From the NCBI RefSeq assembly GCF_035285525.1, contig NZ_JAYKGW010000048.1, forward strand, positions 1 to 14,901: a stretch of DNA of 14,901 bases. Reading direction: 5' to 3'. This document shows, one piece after another, positions 8,190 to 14,901 of this stretch. A program made the translations under genes and the position numbers. The number at the start of each line of letters is the position of its first letter. Position 1 is the first letter of the stretch. Source of the DNA: Okeania sp. GTDB taxonomy: Bacteria > Cyanobacteriota > Cyanobacteriia > Cyanobacteriales > Microcoleaceae. The notes beneath the pieces were generated by a model, which was given only the letters and a program-made list of their open reading frames with translations, made no database searches and was not told the DNA's origin.

Positions 8190-9620
8190 ATGAGTTACGC
8201 TAAAACACAAACTCAGTCTAAGTCTGGGTATCAGGCAGGAGTAAAAGACTATAAACTGACTTATTACACACCTGATTACATACCAAAAGATACAGATGTT
8301 CTGGCTGCCTTCCGGATGACTCCTCAGCCTGGAGTTCCTCCAGAAGAAGCAGGTGCTGCGGTAGCTGCTGAGTCTTCTACTGGTACTTGGACAACAGTAT
8401 GGACTGACTTATTGACTGACCTCGATCGCTACAAAGGTCGTTGTTATGATATTGAATCTGTTCCTGGTGAAGATAATCAATACATTTGCTATGTGGCCTA
8501 TCCTCTAGATTTGTTTGAAGAGGGTTCTGTAACTAATATGTTGACCTCCATTGTAGGTAACGTATTTGGTTTCAAAGCATTACGGGCACTACGTCTGGAA
8601 GATATGCGGATTCCAGTAGCTTATCTCAAGACTTTTGAAGGTCCTCCTCATGGTATTACTGTTGAGCGTGACAAATTAAACAAGTATGGTCGTCCTCTAT
8701 TAGGTTGTACTATTAAGCCTAAATTGGGTCTATCTGCTAAGAACTACGGTAGAGCAGTATATGAATGCTTACGCGGTGGTTTGGACTTCACTAAAGACGA
8801 CGAAAATATTAACTCTCAGCCTTTCATGCGTTGGCGCGATCGCTTCTTATTCGTACAAGAAGCTATTGAAAAGGCCCAAGCAGAAACTGGTGAAATTAAA
8901 GGCCACTACCTCAACGTAACTGCTCCTACTGTTGAACAAATGATGGAGCGTGCTGAGTTTGCTAAAGAAATTGGCACTCCCATCATTATGCACGACTACC
9001 TAACAGGTGGTTTTACTGCAAATACAACTTTGGCCAAGTGGTGTCGTCGTAACGGTGTGTTATTACACATCCACCGCGCAATGCACGCTGTAATTGACCG
9101 TCAGAAAATCCACGGTATTCACTTCCGGGTTTTAGCTAAGTGCTTAAGGATGTCCGGTGGAGACCACCTCCACTCTGGTACTGTAGTTGGTAAGCTCGAA
9201 GGTGAAAAAGGTATCACTATGGGCTTTGTAGACCTAATGAGAGAAGACCACGTTGAGCAAGACCGGGAACGTGGTATTTACTTTACTCAAGATTGGGCTT
9301 CCATGCCTGGTGTAATGCCAGTTGCTTCTGGTGGTATTCACGTTTGGCACATGCCAGCTCTAGTAGAAATCTTCGGTGATGATTCTTGCTTACAATTCGG
9401 TGGTGGTACATTAGGCCACCCTTGGGGTAACGCTCCTGGTGCAACAGCTAACCGTGTAGCTCTAGAAGCTTGTATCCAAGCTCGTAACGAAGGTCGCAAC
9501 TTGTTCCGTGAAGGTGGCGATGTAATTCGTGAAGCTTGTAAGTGGTCTCCTGATTTGGCTGTTGCTTGTGAACTCTGGAAGGAAATCAAGTTCGAGTTCG
9601 AGGCTATTGATACCGTTTGA
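8190..9620 (+). CDS. rbcL: RuBisCO large subunit, form IB
   Basis: 476 aa. All catalytic landmarks are present: [17 protein letters not shown] (carbamyl-Lys), IHRAMHA, GDHLHSG, VVGKLEG, VASGGIH, QFGGGT. Confidence 0.99.
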   Translation: MSYAKTQTQSKSGYQAGVKDYKLTYYTPDYIPKDTDVLAAFRMTPQPGVPPEEAGAAVAAESSTGTWTTVWTDLLTDLDRYKGRCYDIESVPGEDNQYICYVAYPLDLFEEGSVTNMLTSIVGNVFGFKALRALRLEDMRIPVAYLKTFEGPPHGITVERDKLNKYGRPLLGCTIKPKLGLSAKNYGRAVYECLRGGLDFTKDDENINSQPFMRWRDRFLFVQEAIEKAQAETGEIKGHYLNVTAPTVEQMMERAEFAKEIGTPIIMHDYLTGGFTANTTLAKWCRRNGVLLHIHRAMHAVIDRQKIHGIHFRVLAKCLRMSGGDHLHSGTVVGKLEGEKGITMGFVDLMREDHVEQDRERGIYFTQDWASMPGVMPVASGGIHVWHMPALVEIFGDDSCLQFGGGTLGHPWGNAPGATANRVALEACIQARNEGRNLFREGGDVIREACKWSPDLAVACELWKEIKFEFEAIDTV

Positions 9621-9637
9621 TCTATCTGAAAAATGGA

Positions 9638-9879
9638 AGATTTTAGATTTTAGGTGGCAAGAATATAGATAGATTTATGTCAAACTTGACTGCTGAGGAT
9701 TTGAAAAGCGTTCAGCTTTCAGGGTTTAGCTTTCAGCTTTTTATAAATGGATTTAAATCTCAGTTAGAGTGTGTCTTTTTTATGTGGACTATCCACGCTG
9801 ATTGCTAATAGCTATTAATGTAGTTCTGACCCAGGAGGTTAGCTGACAGCTAATTAATCAATCCTTAAATCTAAAATCT
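9638..9879. repeat. 17-nt inverted repeat pair bracketing a heptamer-rich ~210-bp insert in the rbcL-rbcX spacer
   Basis: The reverse complement of agattttagattttagg (9638-9654) matches ccttaaatctaaaatct (9863-9879) at 16/17 positions. The interior contains cagcttt and gctaata-type heptamers. Confidence 0.55.
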
Positions 9880-9995
9880 AAAGTCTAACCATAGATTCAG
9901 ACTAGGGTTATTTTAGTTATTATTTATCAGTATCTTCTACTGAAGTAAAACTTTGGAAATACTGAAGGTTACTTTGTTCATTTTTTTTGTCAAAA

Positions 9996-10376
9996 ATGGA
10001 TATAAAAAAAGTTGCGAAAGATACTGCAAAAGTACTAACTAGCTACCTAACTTACCAAGCTGTGCGAACTGTAATAAATCAGCTACGAGAGACAAATCCT
10101 CCCTTAGCAATTTGGTTAAATAGTTTTTCCTCAACAGGCAAAATTCAAAATGGAGAAGCTTACTTACAAGAGCTACTTCAGGAAAATAAAGAATTAGCAT
10201 TTAGAGTAATGACTGTTCGAGAACATTTGGCAGAGGAAGTAGCTGATTATTTACCAGAAATGGTTCGTATTGGTATTCAACAAGCTAATATGGAACATCG
10301 CCGTGGGTATCTAGAGAAAATAACGCAACTAGAAATAGCTGACCCTAGTCTAGATTCTGAGGAACAAACTGATTAG
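9996..10376 (+). CDS. rbcX: RuBisCO assembly chaperone RbcX
   Basis: MDIKKVAKDTAKVLTSYLTYQAVRTVINQL... matches the RbcX N-terminal helix. It lies between rbcL and rbcS. I prefer ATG 9996 to the track's TTG 9987. Confidence 0.9.
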   Translation: MDIKKVAKDTAKVLTSYLTYQAVRTVINQLRETNPPLAIWLNSFSSTGKIQNGEAYLQELLQENKELAFRVMTVREHLAEEVADYLPEMVRIGIQQANMEHRRGYLEKITQLEIADPSLDSEEQTD

Positions 10377-10452
10377 CTACGAAAATTTCCCATACATTTT
10401 TCCCTACGGGTAGCTCCGGGGGTTAATTTCCAAAGTCTTTTTGGTTAGAAAA

Positions 10453-10485
10453 GCTGATAGCTGAATGCTAATAGCTAATAGCTAG
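10453..10485. repeat. Heptamer (GCTAATA-type) STRR repeat in the rbcX-rbcS spacer
   Basis: 'gctgatagctgaatgctaatagctaatagctag'. The same family appears at 9797-9858 in the rbcL-rbcX spacer. Confidence 0.7.
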
Positions 10486-10530
10486 TCAAAGCTTTGGAAA
10501 AGTTGTACATTGATTAAACAATAAAAAACA

Positions 10531-10866
10531 ATGAGAACATTACCAAAAGAGCGTCGTTACGAGACCCTTTCCTATTTACCTCCTCTGACTGATATCCAGA
10601 TTCGTAAACAACTACAATACATTTTGGATCAAGGTTTTATTGCTGGTGTAGAATTTAGTGAGTCTTCTGCTGCAGAAATGCACTACTGGACATTGTGGAA
10701 GTTACCTTTGTTCCAAGCGAGAACTGTTGATGAAGTTTTAGTAGAAATTGATGCTTGTCGTCAAGAAAATTCTGATTGCTTTATTCGCGTTATGGGTTTT
10801 GATAACGTGAAGCAGTGTCAAGTATTGAGCTTCATTGTACATAAGCCTAGTCAAAGAAGATACTAA
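10531..10866 (+). CDS. rbcS: RuBisCO small subunit
   Basis: 111 aa with [31 protein letters not shown] and [18 protein letters not shown]. Confidence 0.97.
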   Translation: MRTLPKERRYETLSYLPPLTDIQIRKQLQYILDQGFIAGVEFSESSAAEMHYWTLWKLPLFQARTVDEVLVEIDACRQENSDCFIRVMGFDNVKQCQVLSFIVHKPSQRRY

Positions 10867-10883
10867 TTTATTAATCATAGAAA

Positions 10884-10921
10884 ACAGTGGGGTAGGCAAT
10901 AGTCTGTCCCACTGTTTTTTT
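10884..10921 (+). terminator. Rho-independent terminator of rbcLXS
   Basis: Stem acagtggg (10884-10891) pairs with cccactgt (10908-10915), followed by a T7 run. It starts 18 nt after the rbcS stop. Confidence 0.8.
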
Positions 10922-10937
10922 AATGGAGATTTTATAT

Positions 10938-11036
10938 CAGGGAACAGGGAACAGGGAACAGGGAACAGGGAACAGAGAACAGAGAACAGGGAACAGGGAA
11001 CAGGGAACAGGGAACAGGGAACAGAGAACAGGGAAG
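10938..11036. repeat. STRR heptamer array, (G/A)GAACAG x 14
   Basis: Perfectly phased 7-bp repeat with three AGAACAG variants. Confidence 0.95.
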
Positions 11037-11183
11037 AAGAATTGATAATTTATAGATAATACAGCGGTTTTCATTTCGGTAAACCACGGTAGGGGGGATT
11101 TCCTGCGGAATGCTGCTCAGATCGCGAATCGCCCCTACAGGATTTTGGTTATGACGATGTGGTTCATTCATTTGAAAAGCGCT

Positions 11184-11329
11184 GTAATATCATGTCCCGT
11201 TGAATAGTGATAAATAAGGAAGGAATAAACCCACCCCTAACCCCTCCGGTGGAGGGGAAGAAGAGGAAGTTTTTTGCTCGCGGAGCGCGGAACGGAGTTC
11301 TATCGCTGATTATCCGGACATGATATAAC
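11184..11329. mobile_element. MITE-like element (~145 bp) with 11-14-nt terminal inverted repeats
   Basis: atatcatgtcc (11187-11197) and ggacatgatat (11316-11326) are perfect inverted repeats (13/14 when extended). The interior carries the hairpin cccctccggtggagggg. No coding capacity. Confidence 0.4.
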
Positions 11330-11499
11330 TTCAAAATTCTTAATGCATGACTTTTGACTTTTAAATTCAATCTAATCTAATGCACCATTTACAAATGAAA
11401 TAGTCCACTACTGGACTACTAGACTGGTTAGAAAAACCAATTTTAGGTAATTATAGCTATACTGTCTTTAAGTGTAAATCCTTACCTTATTTTTTTTAA

Positions 11500-13269
11500 A
11501 TGAAAATTCAATACAAATCTCCAGAAAAGTTTAAATCTTCTGACAATGAGCGTCAATCGCTACAAAGTCAGAATTTTTTTGCCCCACCACTCAACGATCG
11601 GTTTTACGCTGAGAGTTATGAGTTACGCAAGGCAACTTCCACGATGACAGTTTCTGCTATTGATTGGTTTCGTAATAATGTAACAGTATTACTAGGAGCG
11701 GACTATTCACTTTCCCACCAATAGGATACCTTTTCGGTACTCAGTATTGGGAGTGGTGAAGGTGATATTGATATCGAAATTATACAGAGTCTTGTTCCCA
11801 AACTTAATCCACGATGGAATAGTTTAAAATATGTAGCACTAGAACCGAATCCTATCCATCGCGATCGCTTTCTAGAACGACTCGAAAAAGAATCTTTCGG
11901 CAAAAATGTAGAAGTTTCCGTTCGTGATGACTATTTTCAACCAGGTAAATTTGACAGCGAACAGAAATACGATTTAGTTCTGTTAACTCATGTTTTATAT
12001 TACTTTGATGAGCCTTACCAAGCAATCCAGAGTGCTTTAAAGCAAACGAAGGCAGGGGGAAAGGTGGTAATTGTCCACCAAACAGCTACAGGTATACCTC
12101 AAATCCAGAGCGAGTTTATGCTGGAAGCAAAAGGTAACCAAAACGAGATGTTCACAGCACAGGACATGAGAAATTTACTTGATACTCAATCCCATCCCCA
12201 TGAATATCACAATGTTGATGCTCGCCTGGATGTCACTGAATGTCTCCAAGGTTTGGAAAATGGTGTAAAAATTATGTCTTTTTGTATGGAATGCGATTTG
12301 CGCCAACTTCAGGAAGCAAAATTTGCCAAGATTCTCCAAGCATTTTGGAGGTTAGCTGAGATTGAGGACAGTGGGAAAGCATTTATCAATGAACCAATTG
12401 GGGTTTTTGTCTTGCCAGTTCCGAGTGTTACTGTTGAACAAAGACATCCAGAAGACAAGGAGCCAGTAATTGATTATTGGCAGTTGGCGCAGCGTTTCGA
12501 CTGGGCGGGTACTTTCTTATCAAAGTATCATCAGAGCGAAAATTCATCTCTGAGATTACTAGATGTTGCCTGTGGTACAGGGCGCTGGTTGAAAGCTTTT
12601 AATTACTACATCCAACTTGATGAAAAAATTGGTAATATTCTCTATGATTTTTTAGATCCTTCTGAGACTTCAATTGCTCAAGCTAGTCAGAAAATTCATC
12701 TTCCCTTACAGCAAGGAAACCAGTATATTAGTACAATTCAATCGGCTAATCTGGAAACTAATGCTTACGACTTATTGTGGTCAATGCATGGTTTTTATAT
12801 GGTTCCACGACAGGATTTAGCGGGTGTCTTGAAAAAGTGTGCTAGTTTACTCAAGGATACAGGAGTTGGATTTATTGCTTTGGCTACTCGTAAATCTTTC
12901 TACGTTGATTTCTACGAGCAATACCTGCAAATTTTTAAAGATGGAAAAGGCGAAGGATTTACCTCTGCTGAAGATGTCATAGAAAGTTTGGAAGAATGTG
13001 GAATTGAGTATCAAGTCCATAAGATATTCTATGAAGAGCCAATCAAAGCTGATGACTATGCAGCATTAGAGCATTACATCAAAAATGAGGCAACAGTTAA
13101 CTGCTTTAATAAGGATAAGGAAACAGAGCAGTTATCTGAATCACACGAGATTACTTTGGAAGAATTATTGTCTCATCCGAAGATGGAACAATACCTCAAT
13201 TCATTGCTCAGAAACTCAGTTTATTACTTTGTTGAAGAAGTTTTGCTGATCTCATTTCATGCTAATTAA
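11500..13269 (+). pseudogene. Tandem two-domain class I SAM-dependent methyltransferase interrupted by one in-frame TAG
   Basis: ORFs 11500-11724 and 12064-13269 share a frame. The 113 intervening codons (11725-12063) are stop-free and encode domain-1 motif I (FSVLSIGSGEGDIDIEI), VALEPN, DLVLLTHVLYYF and KAGGKVVIV. Domain 2 has LLDVACGTGRWL. The only break is TAG 11722-11724. The N-terminal domain looks histamine-N-methyltransferase-like. Confidence 0.75.
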
Positions 13270-13810
13270 TATAGTGTCCACTTGGTAATAAAAAAATTTC
13301 TCCTTTTAGTACCTTCTTTCTCTCTTCTGACTCCTGACTTCTCCCTAATTAGGGCTTACTGAATAAATCTGAACAATTTGAGATATATAGCAATGTGCGC
13401 ACTTAACGCCTTACAAATTGTAGGAGGTGTCCAATAGCTAAAAGTCTTATATTATTGGCAATTCATTCTCCCTATTGCCTCTCTTGGTTGATTGGATATG
13501 GCGTATCGCTTCGCGACATGTAACACGTAGTGTCCCGGAGGGAAAGGATATCCAGTCCTACGGATCCGCTTCGCTAACGCCATCCCACCCTACCTAGGGG
13601 AAGCTTTCCTTACGGAATGCTGCGCAAACCGCTAACAACCCCTGTTGCCTTTTGCCTGTTGCACAGCAGCACAGCGCTATAAAGTTTTTACCCTTTCTAG
13701 GTTCTGATTTATCGGGAACCGTAAAAGTGTAAATTTTTGGGTAGATATGCTTCCTCAAGGAGCGTATTTTGGGGAAGATTTGGGGAACAAAATTACTCCC
13801 CATCACCCCA

Positions 13811-13958
13811 TCATATCAAATCCGGTAGTATCGGTATAATTCACGAACCGTAGGGGTTTGGTCTCCAATTTATCGGGAACCGTACCCTCTACAAACTCGG
13901 AATTTTCGCTCTTTTCTGATGGTAACCTTATTGTCGAAAGCCAGCGGATTTGATATCA
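13811..13958. mobile_element. MITE-like element (~145 bp) related by its termini to the 11184-11329 element
   Basis: atatcaaatccg (13813-13824) and cggatttgatat (13945-13956) are perfect 12-nt inverted repeats. The termini share ATATCA..TCCG with the other element. It sits inside CCCCATC-type heptamers. Confidence 0.4.
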
Positions 13959-14097
13959 CCCTATCTCCCCATCTCCTGAGAAATACTTTTTCAGCAAACC
14001 CTAATTATTTATAACTGTTTAGCAACTCTATTTTTTACTTTCATCAGCAGATTGAGTTGATGTCATTTGATGGTTTAATTAAATTAAAAATACTGTT

Positions 14098-14682
14098 ATG
14101 GATGAAAGAATATTATTAGATCAAGAACATAAAGCAGCAGGATCAAAGTTTTTTTTGGCTTCTATGCCAGATAATCATGTCAAGCACTTAATCAAGCTGG
14201 CTCAAGACGAAAGTTTAATAGATTTATTAGGTTGGAATACATTCTTTCAACCTAATGAAACAGAAGAATTTATAGAGGCAATTTCAAGTTACGCTTTCCC
14301 TTATTCTCGCCAAAGTCAGCCTATACCATTTGGAATTTATCTAGGCGTAGAAAGTTTTCCTATTGGGTATGTAGTATTAAAAGGCTTAAATAGGGATTTG
14401 TTGACTGCAGAAATTGGTATAGCAATTCTAGATAAAAAATATACAAATAAAGGATACGGAAGTCTAGCATTAAAACGACTAATTATTTATGCTTTTGAGG
14501 AATTATATATTCAAAGAATCGGAGCAGTAGCTTTATTATCAAACAACAGGTCAATTAATGTGTTTAAGAATCTCGGTTTTCTAGTTAGAGAAGTTATGTA
14601 TAAATCATGGCCGATGCCTAATGGAGAACTTGCAGATATGGTATTAATGGAATTGATAAATGATAGTATTAATAATAGATAG
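14098..14682 (+). CDS. GNAT-family N-acetyltransferase (RimJ/RimL-like)
   Basis: 194 aa. The acetyl-CoA-binding region is IGIAILDKKYTNKGYGSLALKRLIIYAF, followed by ..NNRSINVFKNLGF. Confidence 0.8.
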   Translation: MDERILLDQEHKAAGSKFFLASMPDNHVKHLIKLAQDESLIDLLGWNTFFQPNETEEFIEAISSYAFPYSRQSQPIPFGIYLGVESFPIGYVVLKGLNRDLLTAEIGIAILDKKYTNKGYGSLALKRLIIYAFEELYIQRIGAVALLSNNRSINVFKNLGFLVREVMYKSWPMPNGELADMVLMELINDSINNR

Positions 14683-14693
14683 CGGAGCATGAC

Positions 14694-14711
14694 CTAGGAA
14701 TTAATTCCTAG
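14694..14711. repeat. Perfect 18-nt palindrome between convergent genes (possible terminator hairpin or protein-binding site)
   Basis: ctaggaatt|aattcctag. No adjacent T-run. Confidence 0.3.
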
Positions 14712-14733
14712 CTCCTACCCCAACCATCAAACT

Positions 14734-14901
14734 TTATTCAGCAAGCCCTAAGTAGAGACATTCATAGAGTATCAACAGATACATCAAGCCCGGCAATTCC
14801 TGGCCAAACCAGAAAATACCGTTCATAGCAATGTGACGGCAGAACCATATACATTGGCGGTATCTCGCAATGCTTTGAGGAAAATCCCCAAAGCGCCATT
14901 C
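14734..14901 (-). CDS. 3' end of an unidentified gene running off the window
   Basis: A stop-free 55-codon minus-strand frame is in phase with the window edge (EWRFGDFPQSIARYRQCIWFCRHIAMNGIFWFGQELPGLMYLLILYECLYLGLAE*). I recognise no family. Confidence 0.35.
   Translation of the reverse strand, partial: EWRFGDFPQSIARYRQCIWFCRHIAMNGIFWFGQELPGLMYLLILYECLYLGLAE

Noticed and set aside
9338-9589. 83-aa ORF antisense to rbcL
   Set aside because: It lies entirely inside the highly conserved rbcL frame, and its Pro/Ser/Ala-rich mirror sequence is typical of antisense artefacts.
9987-9995. TTG start for rbcX given by the ORF track
   Set aside because: The ATG three codons downstream (9996) gives the canonical RbcX N-terminus (MDIKKVAKDTAK..), so the TTG extension is unnecessary.
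10938-11036. Possible CRISPR array
   Set aside because: The repeat unit is 7 bp with no spacers, so it is an STRR-type microsatellite. No CRISPR-like 25-40-bp repeat/spacer periodicity occurs anywhere in the window.
10835-11171. ORFs 10835-11059 (+, GNREQGTGNREQ..) and 10932-11171 (-, PCSLFPVPCSLF..)
   Set aside because: Both are translations of the GGGAACA heptamer array. They have periodic low-complexity sequence on both strands and no coding signal.
11164-11370. 68-aa ORF (-)
   Set aside because: It spans the MITE-like element and its GC hairpin, with no coding features.
11703-11903. 66-aa ORF (-)
   Set aside because: It is antisense to the stop-free, motif-bearing part of methyltransferase domain 1.
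13594-13806. 70-aa ORF (-)
   Set aside because: It lies wholly in nested repeats (TTGCCT repeats and the atttatcgggaaccgta repeat), with no motif and no RBS.
1-14901. tRNA, rRNA, tmRNA or RNase P genes
   Set aside because: I saw no T-loop (GGTTCGAATCC-like) or other hallmark sequences in the intergenic regions. This was a scan by eye, so a covariance-model scan could still find a small RNA.

Overview
Visibly AT-rich chromosomal DNA from a heterocystous (Nostocales-type) cyanobacterium. The taxonomic signature is an rbcL-rbcX-rbcS operon, five HIP1 octamers (GCGATCGC) and several 7-bp STRR-type tandem arrays. Left to right: lysS (+); a small minus-strand accessory island with a broken vapBC pair, an intact DUF3368-PIN/UPF0175 pair and a decayed type II restriction-modification module; an aldo/keto reductase; a small HAD-like phosphatase gene bracketed by inverted repeats; a long AT-rich leader; rbcLXS; a tandem two-domain SAM-methyltransferase gene; about 0.8 kb of nested repeats; a GNAT acetyltransferase; and a partial minus-strand ORF at the right edge. 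The ORF track hides three things: (i) a ~251-codon restriction-endonuclease-like gene (4997-5753, -) with no start codon in its main frame; (ii) a 58-codon continuation of the DNA methyltransferase past an in-frame TGA; (iii) 113 codons joining ORFs 11500-11724 and 12064-13269 across one TAG. I found six inactivating lesions in five accessory genes, while lysS, rbcLXS, the reductase, the GNAT, the HAD gene and one TA pair are intact. I do not see an intact, convincingly novel multi-gene system. The points most worth a second look are the eroded defence island, the interrupted dual methyltransferase, the repeat-bounded HAD cassette and the MITE-like repeats. All family calls come from motif recognition by eye and need HMM or BLAST confirmation.
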